Assembly (NCBI GenBank): GCA_965140485.1 | Contig: OZ223249.1 | Location: forward strand, 731,750 to 795,749 | DNA length: 64,000 nucleotides | Reading direction: 5' to 3' | Source of the DNA: an uncultured Methylophaga sp. | Lineage (GTDB): Bacteria > Pseudomonadota > Gammaproteobacteria > Nitrosococcales > Methylophagaceae | Shown here: positions 9,469 to 20,224 of the stretch, in pieces | Numbering within the stretch: the stretch's first letter is position 1 | Layout of the letters: each line of letters opens with the position of its first letter | Position numbers and translations under genes: made by a program | Notes under the pieces: generated by a model | What the model saw: the letters and a program-made list of their open reading frames with translations, nothing else | Told to the model about the DNA's origin: nothing | Databases searched by the model: none

Positions 9469-9927
9469 ATGACCAATCACATCATTGCAGAAGCGACATT
9501 AACCGATCTGAATATCATCACGCATTTACTGACCGTCCTATTCACCCAAGAAGCCGACTTTGAACCACAGCCAGAAAAACAGCGCCATGCAGTCAGTGAA
9601 ATCTTGAGACAGCCTGACAAAGGACATTTCTTACTCATCAAACATCAATCAAAAGTGGTCGGTGTCGTCAGTTTATTGTATCTAACCTCAACCGCTATGG
9701 GAGGTAAGGTCGCTTTATTGGAAGATATGGTCATTGATGAACAGCATCGGGGTAAAGGCTTCGGCTCTGCTCTATTAAACGCGGCAATCAATTTTGCCAG
9801 ACAAAAAGGCTGTCTTCGTATTACCTTATTAACCGATACAAATAACACTATTGCCCAAAAAATGTATCAGGATGAAGGCTTCACTCACTCTGCCATGACT
9901 CCGATGCGATTAATTTTAGACACATAA
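9469..9927 (+). CDS. GNAT family N-acetyltransferase
   Basis: LEDMVIDEQHRGKGFGSALL acetyl-CoA motif A; N..AQKMY...GF. Confidence 0.88.
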   Translation: MTNHIIAEATLTDLNIITHLLTVLFTQEADFEPQPEKQRHAVSEILRQPDKGHFLLIKHQSKVVGVVSLLYLTSTAMGGKVALLEDMVIDEQHRGKGFGSALLNAAINFARQKGCLRITLLTDTNNTIAQKMYQDEGFTHSAMTPMRLILDT

Positions 9928-9938
9928 ACAGATACGTC

Positions 9939-10343
9939 ATGGATGCCATTAATCCCAAATTATTATGGGAAATTTTTAAGCACATACAGCGGTGGTTAGC
10001 GAATCTTAATCGTGCTGGTGAAGCTCGTCAGCAGCAATCTAGAAAAGCCCTGAGAAATGTGATTATTGCTGCTCGCGAAACCAGCGTTTATGTCAGACAA
10101 ATACAAGATACGCAACAAACTGATCATGCGACCGAGCGACATATGGCAAAATGCTGGACGCAACTTGGATTTGATTTAGATGATATCGGACTGAATAAGC
10201 TCGCTAAACGCTGTCATATCACGGGGAAACATTGGGCTGACCCTCAGTTTTATACCGATGACTTTCTGGAAAAAGCGGATATCAGTCTGGAGCGAATGGA
10301 AACACTGGCAAAACAGATATTACTGGATATTGATAAACTCTAA
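9939..10343 (+). CDS. Hypothetical helical protein
   Basis: 134-aa ORF tightly packed (11- and 3-bp gaps) between co-oriented genes; no motif recognised. Confidence 0.65.
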   Translation: MDAINPKLLWEIFKHIQRWLANLNRAGEARQQQSRKALRNVIIAARETSVYVRQIQDTQQTDHATERHMAKCWTQLGFDLDDIGLNKLAKRCHITGKHWADPQFYTDDFLEKADISLERMETLAKQILLDIDKL

Positions 10344-10346
10344 ACC

Positions 10347-10706
10347 ATGAAATATATTATATTTAGCCTGCTTTTTATTGTCTCACCACTGACTCAGGCA
10401 CAAGCGCTATGCCCAATGACGACAGTTGATGCCAGACAAGCCTGCCTGGATGAAAAACTGCAATCAGCAATTGATGAGATGGTAAATGACTTGACCATCA
10501 TCAAACAACGATATGCAAAAAATAACGCCTTAATAAAATCACTTGAGTTATCACAACAAACTTGGGATGCGTACCGGAAAACACAATGTCTGAATGTCTA
10601 TCAAACCTGGCAAGAAAATCAGCAGCAAAAAACCATGACTATCAGTTGCGCTATTGAGTTGACCAGGCAACGGAATCAGTTTTTACAAAACTATTATCTG
10701 AAATAA
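10347..10706 (+). CDS. Secreted LprI/DUF1311-like (lysozyme inhibitor family) protein
   Basis: Signal peptide, C...T.D.RQAC, LELSQQTWDAYRKTQC, C.IELTRQR.Q.L pattern. Confidence 0.7.
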   Translation: MKYIIFSLLFIVSPLTQAQALCPMTTVDARQACLDEKLQSAIDEMVNDLTIIKQRYAKNNALIKSLELSQQTWDAYRKTQCLNVYQTWQENQQQKTMTISCAIELTRQRNQFLQNYYLK

Positions 10707-10712
10707 ACCCGC

Positions 10713-11645
10713 TCAAACCTGCGAAAAATATTGGCGAGCCTGCTCTGCATCCAGGTGAATCTGACTGATCAGTTGGTCAAGGTTTTCAAAGCGCTGTTCA
10801 TCTCGAATCTTATGTAAGAAAAACACCTGGACATGCTCTCCGTATATTTCTCTTTTAAAATCAAACAAATGCACTTCAAGTAACGCTTTATTACCACCGA
10901 TAGTGGGTCGAATACCAATATTTGCCACGCCATTGACCGGTTCTTCATCAATACCAAATAACTGCACAGCAAACACGCCTATCAGTGGAATTTTATGGCG
11001 ATGTAAATGGATATTAGCCGTAGGAAACCCCATCTTGCGGCCGCGCTTATCACCATGGGCGACACGACCACTCATCCTGTAGGGGCGTCCTAATAATTTT
11101 TCAGCCAATACTAAATCACCGCTGCTCAGAGCATTTCTTATGCGCGTACTACTCACCCGATTTTGGTCAATAGCAAAGGTATGCATATTCACAACCTGGA
11201 AGCCATACTTCTGTCCTGCCTCCTGCAGCAGAGCAAAATCCCCTTTTCGCTCACAACCAAAGCGAAAGTCATCCCCCACCACCAAATATTTAACATTCAG
11301 TCCTTTCACTAATAATGACTGGATAAATGCTTCTGCTGACATTTGCGCCAGACGTTTATTAAACCGTAAGACACATAACTGCTGAATGGAATAACAACGC
11401 AATGCTTCCACTTTTTCACGAAAACGGGTCAGTCTGGCTGGTGCTTTCTCTGGGACAAAATATTCAAAGGGTTGCGGTTCAAAAGTAATCACCACTGCGG
11501 GTAATTTCAGCGTATCGCCTTTCATGGCTAACTGCGTTAAGACCGCCTGATGCCCGAGATGAACACCATCAAAGTTACCAATGGTGGCAACACATCCCTG
11601 TGGTGAATCAGGTAAATTATGAAAGCCGCGAATGATTTTCGGCAT
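10713..11645 (-). CDS. ribF: Bifunctional riboflavin kinase/FAD synthetase
   Basis: IGNFDGVHLGHQ, GDDFRFG, VSSTRIR, GFPTAN, EVHLFDF; probable start 11645. Confidence 0.95.
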   Translation of the reverse strand: MPKIIRGFHNLPDSPQGCVATIGNFDGVHLGHQAVLTQLAMKGDTLKLPAVVITFEPQPFEYFVPEKAPARLTRFREKVEALRCYSIQQLCVLRFNKRLAQMSAEAFIQSLLVKGLNVKYLVVGDDFRFGCERKGDFALLQEAGQKYGFQVVNMHTFAIDQNRVSSTRIRNALSSGDLVLAEKLLGRPYRMSGRVAHGDKRGRKMGFPTANIHLHRHKIPLIGVFAVQLFGIDEEPVNGVANIGIRPTIGGNKALLEVHLFDFKREIYGEHVQVFFLHKIRDEQRFENLDQLISQIHLDAEQARQYFSQV

Positions 11646-11770
11646 AAGGTGTTGTCTACCCAAAATGAACCAAACTCAACAGAGTAACGGCAAATAAAAA
11701 AACAATCCAGCAGGCAAGCACGTTCCTATTACCTTATAATAGGCAAAAATTATTTCGGTCAGAGGCAAGA

Positions 11771-12016
11771 ATGGCAGCGAAACAAAAAAAACTGGATTAT
11801 GAAGCTGCAGTGAAAGAGCTGGAAGCACTGGTTGAACGCTTAGAAGAAGGCGACATTAGTCTGGAAGAATCACTCAAACTTTATGAACGTGGCGTATTAC
11901 TGACACGTGACTGCCAGGAATCACTACAAGCGGCGGAACAAAAAGTACAAATGCTGTTACAACAATCTGGCCAAACTAATATGGTAGATTTCGATCCGGA
12001 AACTGGTGAAGCGTGA
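11771..12016 (+). CDS. xseB: Exodeoxyribonuclease VII small subunit
   Basis: YEAAVKELEALVERLEEGDISLEESLKLYERG; xseB-ispA-dxs synteny. Confidence 0.95.
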   Translation: MAAKQKKLDYEAAVKELEALVERLEEGDISLEESLKLYERGVLLTRDCQESLQAAEQKVQMLLQQSGQTNMVDFDPETGEA

Positions 12017-12909
12017 ACGTCAAGTTTCCCCTCCAAGACTGGATGTTAAAACACCAGTCTCAAATTGAATTTGTCCTGGAAAAACGTCTTCAACAAGCCC
12101 ATAAACCTGGCTCATCACGTTTGTTTGAGGCTATGCGCTATGCCACATTAGGTGGTGGTAAACGTTTACGCCCCCTACTTGTCTATGCCACGGCTGAAGC
12201 ACTTGGCGCAAAGCAATCATCAATGGACGTAGCTGCCGCCGCTGTTGAAATGATACATGCCTATTCACTGGTGCATGATGATATGCCAATGATGGATGAT
12301 GATGATCTACGTAGAGGGCGTCCAACCTGTCATAAAGCTTTTGATGAAGCCACAGCACTATTAGTGGGTGATGCATTACAAACACTGGCTTTCGAAACTT
12401 TATGCGACGACACTCTGACTGAAAAACAACAAAGTCGGATGATAAAAACACTCAGCCAAGCTTCTGGTGCAGCAGGTATGGCAGGCGGTCAAGCCATTGA
12501 TCTGGAGTCCGTAGGCAAAAAGCTGGATATCGATGCACTTCAGGCGATGCATAAATTAAAAACTGGCGCATTAATTAGAGCCAGTGTTCTATTAGGTGCT
12601 CTGGCTGCAGAAGAATATGATGAACATACTCTGGAACATCTGGATCGTTACGCTGACTGTATTGGACTCGCCTTTCAAGTACAGGATGATGTCTTGGATG
12701 TTGTCACTGACACAGCAACACTTGGAAAAACCCAAGGTGCCGATATTGCATTGAATAAACCCACATATCCTGCTTTACTAGGCCTCGAAAAAGCACAACA
12801 AAAAGCCGTTGCTTTGATTGAAAAAGCACTTACTCATCTTGATGCGTGTTCATTCAACACGGAAGTCCTGGCCACATTGGCCCAGTTTGTTGTGAAACGC
12901 TCACATTAA
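12013..12909 (+). CDS. ispA: Farnesyl diphosphate synthase
   Basis: GGKRLRP, HAYSLVHDDMPMMDDDDLRRGRPTCH, FQVQDDVLD. Confidence 0.95.
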   Translation: MNVKFPLQDWMLKHQSQIEFVLEKRLQQAHKPGSSRLFEAMRYATLGGGKRLRPLLVYATAEALGAKQSSMDVAAAAVEMIHAYSLVHDDMPMMDDDDLRRGRPTCHKAFDEATALLVGDALQTLAFETLCDDTLTEKQQSRMIKTLSQASGAAGMAGGQAIDLESVGKKLDIDALQAMHKLKTGALIRASVLLGALAAEEYDEHTLEHLDRYADCIGLAFQVQDDVLDVVTDTATLGKTQGADIALNKPTYPALLGLEKAQQKAVALIEKALTHLDACSFNTEVLATLAQFVVKRSH

Positions 12910-12921
12910 GAAATCGACAGA

Positions 12922-14745
12922 ATGGATACTATACTCACTCATATCAATAGCCCGGATGACCTGCGTCAGCTGGACAAAAAAGAGTTGCCACAGCTGGCCG
13001 AAGAGTTGAGAACACTCATTATCGATAGTGTGCAACAAACCGGTGGGCATATTTCCTCTAACCTAGGCGTTATCGAACTAACGATTGCCTTGCATTATGT
13101 CTTCGATACTCCCACCGATCGATTGGTCTGGGATGTAGGTCACCAGAGTTATGTTCATAAAATACTGACTGGCCGTCGAGATCAAATGAACACCATGCGT
13201 CAGCCCGGTGGTTTATCTGGTTTTCCTAAGCGTAGTGAGAGTGACTATGACACTTTTGGTGTCGGCCATTCGAGTACGTCAATCAGTGCAGCTTTAGGTA
13301 TGGCACTGGCTGCACAAGCCAATAACGATCCACGCCACGCTGTTGCCATTATTGGTGACGGTGCACTCACCGCTGGACAGGCATTCGAAGCACTGGCACA
13401 CGCGGGTGATTTAAGTGCCAATTTATTAGTTATTCTCAATGATAACGAAATGTCTATATCGAGAAATGTCGGCGGTATGGCTAATTATCTGGCTAAATTA
13501 TTATCGGGTAGCTTTTATGCCTCTGCACGGGAAGGCAGTAAGCGTGTACTTGAAAAGATTCCACCAGCATGGGAAATAGCTAAACGTGCTGAAGAGCACG
13601 TCAAAGGCATGATGGTGCCCGGTACTCTGTTTGAAGAAATGGGCTTCAACTATATTGGTCCGATTGATGGTCATGACATTGATACATTGATTGCGACTAT
13701 GACCAATTTAAAAAAGCGCAAAGGACCACAGTTTCTTCATATCGTGACCAAAAAAGGGAAAGGCTATGAGCCTGCCGAACTTCATCCTTGTAAATATCAC
13801 GGGGTAAGTCCTGCTAATAGTAAATCCTCTGGCCCGACTTACACACAAGTATTTGGCCGCTGGTTATGTGATATGGCACGTTTAGATCCGGATTTGTTCG
13901 GTATTACACCGGCCATGTGTGAAGGTTCTGGTCTAAATCGCTTTGCCGAAGACTTCCCTGATCGTTATTTCGATGTTGGTATTGCTGAACAGCACTCAGT
14001 GACCTTGGCAGCAGGTTTAGCCTGCGAAGGTAAAAAACCCGTGGTCGCGATTTATTCCACTTTTTTACAACGTGCTTACGATCAACTGATTCACGATGTC
14101 GCCATTCAGAACTTAAATGTCTTGTTTGCCATTGACCGTGCTGGTTTAGTGGGCGCTGATGGTCCGACCCATGCGGGTAGTTTTGATTTAAGCTACTTGC
14201 GCTGTATTCCAAATATGATCGTCATGGCTCCGGCAGATGAGAATGAATGTCGCCAAATGTTAACGACCGGTTTTCGTTATAACGGTCCAGCAGCAGTACG
14301 TTATCCTCGTGGTAGTGGTAACGGTACCGCGATTGAGCCTGCGTTGACTTCATTGGACATTGGTAAAGCACAATTAAAACGTCAAGGTGAAAAAGTAGCG
14401 ATTCTTGCCTTCGGAAGTATGGTGTCAGCAGCAGAGCAAGCTGCGAAACAGACAAATGCTACTGTGGTGAATATGCGTTTTGTAAAGCCACTTGATACAG
14501 AAATCATCAAACATATCGCTGATACACATGACTTCATTATCACCATTGAAGAAAATGCCGTAATGGGTGGTGCTGGAAGCGCAGTAAACGAATTTTTAAG
14601 TGAAATAAATCACCCCACCGCAATGAAATTAATGGGCTTACCTGACACCTTCATTGAGCATGGGGTTCATAGCACCATGTTGAGTAAGTGCGGACTGGAT
14701 GCTGCAGGTATTTTGCATACCATTAATCAGCACTTTACGGCATAA
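12922..14745 (+). CDS. dxs: 1-deoxy-D-xylulose-5-phosphate synthase
   Basis: [38 protein letters not shown]. Confidence 0.97.
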   Translation: MDTILTHINSPDDLRQLDKKELPQLAEELRTLIIDSVQQTGGHISSNLGVIELTIALHYVFDTPTDRLVWDVGHQSYVHKILTGRRDQMNTMRQPGGLSGFPKRSESDYDTFGVGHSSTSISAALGMALAAQANNDPRHAVAIIGDGALTAGQAFEALAHAGDLSANLLVILNDNEMSISRNVGGMANYLAKLLSGSFYASAREGSKRVLEKIPPAWEIAKRAEEHVKGMMVPGTLFEEMGFNYIGPIDGHDIDTLIATMTNLKKRKGPQFLHIVTKKGKGYEPAELHPCKYHGVSPANSKSSGPTYTQVFGRWLCDMARLDPDLFGITPAMCEGSGLNRFAEDFPDRYFDVGIAEQHSVTLAAGLACEGKKPVVAIYSTFLQRAYDQLIHDVAIQNLNVLFAIDRAGLVGADGPTHAGSFDLSYLRCIPNMIVMAPADENECRQMLTTGFRYNGPAAVRYPRGSGNGTAIEPALTSLDIGKAQLKRQGEKVAILAFGSMVSAAEQAAKQTNATVVNMRFVKPLDTEIIKHIADTHDFIITIEENAVMGGAGSAVNEFLSEINHPTAMKLMGLPDTFIEHGVHSTMLSKCGLDAAGILHTINQHFTA

Positions 14746-14789
14746 TACGCTGTCTTCGTGAACGATTCCTGAGTATAATAGTCAACATT

Positions 14790-15173
14790 ATGAGCGCAAC
14801 GTATACCCTGAAAATTTTGGCCGATTTTGCTTCGGCACATACCCTGAGAGATTATCCAGGTGACTGCAGTCGCATGCATGGGCATAACTGGAAGTTGGAA
14901 GTTGAAGTCACTGCTATAGATCTGAATGATCATGGTATGGGAATGGACTTTAAAACCATTAAAACAGCCACTCGTGAGTTGGCAAAAACGTTGGATCACC
15001 GTTACCTGAATGATATCCCACCATTCGATACCATTAATCCAACTGCTGAAAACATTGCCAGATTCTTTTACCAAAAGCTCAGTGATACTCTGAATAACGA
15101 TATCGCTAAAGTTTCCGGTGTTACTTTGTGGGAAACAGATCGCGCTTGCGTCAAATACAGCGAGGATAATTGA
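14790..15173 (+). CDS. queD: 6-carboxytetrahydropterin synthase
   Basis: FASAHTL..YPGDCSRMHGHNWK, LDHRYLN, NPTAENIA, LWET. Confidence 0.9.
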   Translation: MSATYTLKILADFASAHTLRDYPGDCSRMHGHNWKLEVEVTAIDLNDHGMGMDFKTIKTATRELAKTLDHRYLNDIPPFDTINPTAENIARFFYQKLSDTLNNDIAKVSGVTLWETDRACVKYSEDN

Positions 15174-15986
15174 ATGAGTACAACCCCAGTCAGCACTGAG
15201 ATTAAGGACGAAATCGAAGACGTCCAGAATATTGCCGATCAGCGCAAAATTGCTATTGATAAAGTCGGCATCAAAGACATTAAACATCCCGTTAAGGTCA
15301 GTGATCGTAATACGGGTGAACAGCACACGATTGCTAACTTCAATATGTATGTGAATCTGCCACACCAGTTCAAAGGCACACATATGTCACGCTTCGTGGA
15401 GATTTTGAATCAACATGAGCGTGAAATCACGGTTAAATCTTTCCGCGAAATGTTGGGCCAAATGACGGAACGTCTTGATGCGGAATCAGGCTATATTGAA
15501 ATGAACTTCCCTTATTTTGTAAATAAGGAAGCCCCTGTTTCAAAAGTGAAAAGTCTGATGGATTATGATGTCACCTTTATTGGTGAAATCACTGGCACAA
15601 AAACAATGATGACCGTGAAAGTAGTTGTTCCTGTCACCAGCTTGTGCCCATGCTCAAAAAATATTTCTGACTATGGTGCTCATAATCAACGTTCACACGT
15701 CACTTTGACTGTTCGCGTAGACAGCTTTGTTTGGATTGAAGACTTGATTGATCTGGTTGAGAAAGAAGCATCTTGTGAAATCTTTGGCTTATTGAAACGT
15801 CCGGATGAAAAATTCGTCACCGAACGTGCATACGATAATCCAAAATTTGTTGAAGATATGGTACGTGATATTGCAGCCAGACTAAATGAAGACTCTCGCA
15901 TTACGGCTTACACAGTCGAATCAGAAAACTTTGAGTCCATTCATAATCACTCTGCTTATGCATTGATTAGCAAAGGTTTTGATTAA
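15174..15986 (+). CDS. folE2: GTP cyclohydrolase IB
   Basis: [50 protein letters not shown]. Confidence 0.95.
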   Translation: MSTTPVSTEIKDEIEDVQNIADQRKIAIDKVGIKDIKHPVKVSDRNTGEQHTIANFNMYVNLPHQFKGTHMSRFVEILNQHEREITVKSFREMLGQMTERLDAESGYIEMNFPYFVNKEAPVSKVKSLMDYDVTFIGEITGTKTMMTVKVVVPVTSLCPCSKNISDYGAHNQRSHVTLTVRVDSFVWIEDLIDLVEKEASCEIFGLLKRPDEKFVTERAYDNPKFVEDMVRDIAARLNEDSRITAYTVESENFESIHNHSAYALISKGFD

Positions 15987-16004
15987 TCATTATTGATTTT
16001 TTAA

Positions 16005-16036
16005 TAAAAAAGCCCGGTTTAACCGGGCTTTTTTTT
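16005..16036. terminator. Bidirectional intrinsic terminator
   Basis: AAAAAAGCCCGGTT-TAACCGGGCTTTTTTT hairpin between convergent genes. Confidence 0.85.
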
Positions 16037-16038
16037 GC

Positions 16039-16683
16039 TTAATATTTTTGTCTTAAATCAAGACGCTCACCGTTATGTTGTATATCTAACTGCCCTAGAA
16101 AAGACATACCTAATAAGGTGACAGAAGGCTCTTCACCATCAAGTACGACAGCATCCACATTATGTAACTTAATCTGATCAAGCTGCACATAATCAAGCTT
16201 GATCTTATAGCCAACACTTTTGCCTGAAGCTGTTCGGATACCAACCTGCTGCCCACGAAGATAATCAATTCCCAGTCTCGATGCTGTAGCCGCATTCATC
16301 GCGATAGTGCTGGCGCCGGTATCGACTAAAAAACTGATGGTGTAGCCATTGATATTGCCTGTAGCTGTATACATACCATTGGTCGGCCACAACGTCACTG
16401 CTGTTTTTTTCTCGGCTTCTATGTAATTGCTATTAATCCGATCGCCTAAGGGAAAGATTTGTTTTTCACCATCGATTTCAAAGGTTGCACTGTTGCTGTT
16501 AGCGGCGATTAGCTTCAGGCCTTCTGGGCTGGTTTCTCCAACAGTTAAAAAGTGCTGCTGACCATCGACTTCAACCACAGCTTTGTCTTTAAATAAACCA
16601 ACCACCATAATGTTTACGACGACAGCCTCTGCTCGATAGCTAATTAACAGTATAATAAGCGACAGTAATATGACTTTAGCCAT
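16039..16683 (-). CDS. Clan AA (retropepsin-like) aspartic protease, TIGR02281-like
   Basis: FLVDTGAS active site, LLGMSFL; signal peptide. Confidence 0.88.
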   Translation of the reverse strand: MAKVILLSLIILLISYRAEAVVVNIMVVGLFKDKAVVEVDGQQHFLTVGETSPEGLKLIAANSNSATFEIDGEKQIFPLGDRINSNYIEAEKKTAVTLWPTNGMYTATGNINGYTISFLVDTGASTIAMNAATASRLGIDYLRGQQVGIRTASGKSVGYKIKLDYVQLDQIKLHNVDAVVLDGEEPSVTLLGMSFLGQLDIQHNGERLDLRQKY

Positions 16684-16721
16684 AACATTTCTTTTTAATC
16701 AGGTTTATCACTAACACCATC

Positions 16722-17837
16722 ATGAGTGCATTCTCTCCTATTACAGTATCTGGCGTACTGCTGGCTGGCGGCCAATCCCGCCGAATGGGTGGTCAGGACA
16801 AAGGTTTGCTTCCCTATCAGGGTCGTTCAATGGCAAGCCACGTTATTGATGCTATATTACCGCAAGTTGATGATTTTTATATCAGTGCTAATCGACATAT
16901 TGAAGAATATCAATCATTTTCTCACCCGGTCATCATGGACGACCTTGATAATTTTCAGGGTCCACTCGCCGGTATATTGGCTGTGATGGCGCAGATCAAT
17001 TCTGAATATTTGCTAACTGTACCATGTGATAATCCGCATATCAGCCCACAGTTAAGGCAGCGGTTATTAGAAGCTGTATTAGCCACCGGTAGTGATATTG
17101 CCGTTGCTCATGATGGTCAACAGCTACAGCCCGTTTTTACGTTAATTCCACGTCGACTTGAGCAGTCTCTGTCTGACTATTTGACTTCAGGTCAGCGAAA
17201 AACGCGTGACTGGTTATTCCAGCACAAGGTCGTCGAAGTCGACTTTTCAGATCAAGCCGACTGTTTTATCAACATCAATACATCTGATGATTTAGAGATA
17301 AAACCCAAGATACGTTCAGATTTACCAGTCCTTGGCTTTGCAGCATTTAGTGGTACTGGTAAAACCACGTTACTTACCAAGCTTATTCCTGCATTAAGGG
17401 ATAAAAATATCCGTGTCGCCGTGATAAAACATGCGCATCACAATTTTGATATTGATAAGCCGGGTAAAGACAGCTATCAAATCCGTGAAGCAGGTGCGGA
17501 AGAAATTATTATTGCTTCTGCAAAAATGATGGCGCTAATGAGGAAAAATCACGATGAACAAATCGAACCTGAATTGCAGCCGCTCATCCATCGACTCGAC
17601 ACCACTAATATCGACCTTATTCTTGTCGAAGGATTTAAACACGAGAATTTCCCCAAAATAGAATTAAACCGAGCGGAACTGGGAACACCTATTTTGTTTA
17701 AAGAGGATCCACAGATCATAGCGATCGCCTCAGACCAACCCAATAAAAATAATGATATGCCTTCAATGCTAGATATCAATAATATTCCCGCGATGGTCGA
17801 ATTTATAGAACATTTTATTTTTTCATGGAAAAGCTAA
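16722..17837 (+). CDS. mobAB: Fused molybdenum cofactor guanylyltransferase MobA / MobB
   Basis: LLAGGQSRRMGGQDKG and GPLAGI (MobA), followed by FSGTGKTTLL, KHAHH.FDID.PGKDS and VEGFKH (MobB). Confidence 0.9.
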   Translation: MSAFSPITVSGVLLAGGQSRRMGGQDKGLLPYQGRSMASHVIDAILPQVDDFYISANRHIEEYQSFSHPVIMDDLDNFQGPLAGILAVMAQINSEYLLTVPCDNPHISPQLRQRLLEAVLATGSDIAVAHDGQQLQPVFTLIPRRLEQSLSDYLTSGQRKTRDWLFQHKVVEVDFSDQADCFININTSDDLEIKPKIRSDLPVLGFAAFSGTGKTTLLTKLIPALRDKNIRVAVIKHAHHNFDIDKPGKDSYQIREAGAEEIIIASAKMMALMRKNHDEQIEPELQPLIHRLDTTNIDLILVEGFKHENFPKIELNRAELGTPILFKEDPQIIAIASDQPNKNNDMPSMLDINNIPAMVEFIEHFIFSWKS

Positions 17838-19099
17838 ACATGGCCGAATTTACTCCACAGCCCAGTTGCTCAGATGACTTTGATGACAATAACCTGAATG
17901 TAAAGCAAGCAAAACAGCGTATTCATGATTTATTATCACCTATTTCAGGTTGGCAGAAAGTCTCTTTAAGGCAGGCTCTGGGGCAGATTTTACATCAAAG
18001 TGTTGTATCACCACGTCAAGTTCCACCTTATGATAATTCAGCCATGGATGGATATGCCTTACGAAGTGATGATATTGAAAAAGCGCCATTTTCACTAAAA
18101 AATGCTGGTGTCGCTTTTGCAGGAAAGCCTTATCAAGGCCGGGTTGAAGAAGGACAGTGTGTTCGCATTATGACCGGAGCAAAAATTCCGGATGATTGTG
18201 ACACGGTAGTGATGCAGGAACAGGTAGAGCCTAAAGAACATACCATTATTATTCATAGTGAGGTTAAAGCCGGACAAAATGTCAGACTTGCCGGAGAAGA
18301 CATTGACTGTGGTGACACAGTTTTACCTGCTGGACGGCGACTCACCGCAGCCGATTTAGGGCTGCTGGCATCTTTGGGCATCGCAGAAGTGGTCATTTAC
18401 CGCCCTCTCCGAGTCGCTTTTTTTTCTACCGGTGACGAACTATGCGGTTTAGGCGAACATTTAGGCGATGGTCAAATCTATGACAGTAATCGTTACACAC
18501 TGTTTGGTATGCTCAGCCAGCTGAATATCGATGTGATTGATATGGGTGTGGTCCCCGATAATAAAGCCGCGTTAAGAATTGCTTTGCAACAAGCTTCTGC
18601 TGATGCAGATGTTATTATTTCCTCTGGAGGTGTCTCCGTAGGTGATGCCGACTACGTCAAAGATATGCTGGCTGAACTGGGACAGGTTAACTTCTGGAAA
18701 ATTGCGATGCGTCCAGGACGTCCTCTGGCATTTGGTCAAATCGGTGAAGCGATGTTCTTTGGTTTACCCGGTAACCCTGTTTCTGTGATGGTAACCTTTT
18801 ATCAATTTGTCCAACCAGCCCTGAAACGCTTAGCAGGTGAAACTGACACCGCTCCTATTATCGTAGAAGTACCGTGCGATAATGTAATTAAAAAACGTGC
18901 TGGCCGCTTTGAATTTCAGCGCGGCATTTTATTCCGTAACAGTGATGGTCAACTCAGAGTCAGTACAACTGGAGCCCAAGGCTCAGGTATTCTTCGCTCA
19001 ATGAGCATGGCGAATTGTTTTATTTTACTTGATGAGAGCTGCGATGGACTCAGTGCCGGCAGTCTTGTTAACGTTCAACCCTTTGCAGGTCTGGTATGA
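17825..19099 (+). CDS. moeA: Molybdopterin molybdotransferase
   Basis: [39 protein letters not shown]; start may be 17840. Confidence 0.95.
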   Translation: MEKLNMAEFTPQPSCSDDFDDNNLNVKQAKQRIHDLLSPISGWQKVSLRQALGQILHQSVVSPRQVPPYDNSAMDGYALRSDDIEKAPFSLKNAGVAFAGKPYQGRVEEGQCVRIMTGAKIPDDCDTVVMQEQVEPKEHTIIIHSEVKAGQNVRLAGEDIDCGDTVLPAGRRLTAADLGLLASLGIAEVVIYRPLRVAFFSTGDELCGLGEHLGDGQIYDSNRYTLFGMLSQLNIDVIDMGVVPDNKAALRIALQQASADADVIISSGGVSVGDADYVKDMLAELGQVNFWKIAMRPGRPLAFGQIGEAMFFGLPGNPVSVMVTFYQFVQPALKRLAGETDTAPIIVEVPCDNVIKKRAGRFEFQRGILFRNSDGQLRVSTTGAQGSGILRSMSMANCFILLDESCDGLSAGSLVNVQPFAGLV

Positions 19100-19974
19100 C
19101 AGAATCCACAACCGAACACACTTTGGTCAAACAACAACGCGAGTTTAATAAACTGCGTAAACGCTTACGTCGCAACGTCGGTCAGGCAATTGCCGATTAC
19201 AATATGATTGAGGACGGCGATAAAGTCATGGTTTGCTTATCTGGCGGTAAAGATAGTTATACCATGCTCGATATTCTGATTAACCTAAGAGATCATGCGC
19301 CGATTAATTTTGAGCTGATCGCGGTGAACCTTGATCAGAAACAACCCGGCTTCCCCGAACATGTCTTGCCGGAATATTTATCATCAATCGGTGTGCCCTT
19401 CCACATTATAGAAAAAGACACCTACAGTATCGTTAAAGAAGTTGTACCAGAGGGTAAGACCACCTGTGGCATCTGTTCTCGTCTGCGCCGTGGTTCATTG
19501 TATGGCTACGCAAGACAAAATGGCATCACCAAAATAGCTTTAGGTCATCACCGTGATGACATTATTGAAACGCTATTTTTGAATATGTTTTATGGCAGCA
19601 AAATAAAAGCCATGCCACCTAAATTATTAAGTGATGACAAAACCAATATCGTCATTAGACCTTTAGCTTATGCACAAGAGTCAGATATTGCGCGTTATGC
19701 CGAAGCAATGAAGTTTCCTATTATTCCGTGTAATTTATGCGGCTCACAGGAAAATCTACAACGTCAGGCTATCAAAGCCATGTTACAAGGATGGGAAAAA
19801 CAATTCCCAGGCAGATTAGAAAATATTTTCCGCAGTATTCAGAATATTTCACCATCGCAAATGGCCGATCTTGATTTATTCAACTTCACTGATCTAGAAC
19901 AATTCAGGCAGGAGCCAACCGGTGAAGAAGATCGCTTTCAGGATGATATACAACAGCCTGCGCTAGCAAGATAG
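19096..19974 (+). CDS. ttcA: tRNA 2-thiocytidine(32) synthetase
   Basis: SGGKDS PP-loop, [23 protein letters not shown]. Confidence 0.95.
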   Translation: MTESTTEHTLVKQQREFNKLRKRLRRNVGQAIADYNMIEDGDKVMVCLSGGKDSYTMLDILINLRDHAPINFELIAVNLDQKQPGFPEHVLPEYLSSIGVPFHIIEKDTYSIVKEVVPEGKTTCGICSRLRRGSLYGYARQNGITKIALGHHRDDIIETLFLNMFYGSKIKAMPPKLLSDDKTNIVIRPLAYAQESDIARYAEAMKFPIIPCNLCGSQENLQRQAIKAMLQGWEKQFPGRLENIFRSIQNISPSQMADLDLFNFTDLEQFRQEPTGEEDRFQDDIQQPALAR

Positions 19975-20028
19975 ACACAGACTTATCACCAGTTATAAGA
20001 AATATTACAAAACGAATACAAGTATCAA

Positions 20029-20210
20029 CGCTAAGTCATTGAAACTGGACAAAACAAATATAAACCATTGATTTTTATATGTTTAATAAAATGGTCATTT
20101 TTTAACCAAAACCGTCAGGCTTGTTACGTAAGAATGACTTAGCGATTTTCACAGAAGTTAATCACAGAGTTATCCACAGAAAATGTGGGTAACTCTGTAA
20201 GTCATTGATC
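20029..20210. promoter_or_regulatory. Cluster of DnaA boxes and IHF-consensus sites (datA/DARS-like)
   Basis: TTATCCACA 20170-20178, inverted TTACCCACA 20184-20192, degenerate boxes at 20145 and 20158; AATCAA-N4-TTA on the minus strand at 20061-20073 and near-matches at 20032-20044 and 20198-20210. Confidence 0.55.
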
Positions 20211-20224
20211 GCTTCTCTAAGTGC

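Noticed and set aside
14727-15383. 218-aa minus-strand ORF
   Set aside because: Antisense shadow of the well-supported queD and folE2; no recognisable motif.
19975-20224. Possibility that the DnaA-box cluster is oriC
   Set aside because: No dnaA, mnmG/gidA or rpmH neighbours and only one perfect box, so it was kept as a datA/DARS-like candidate instead.
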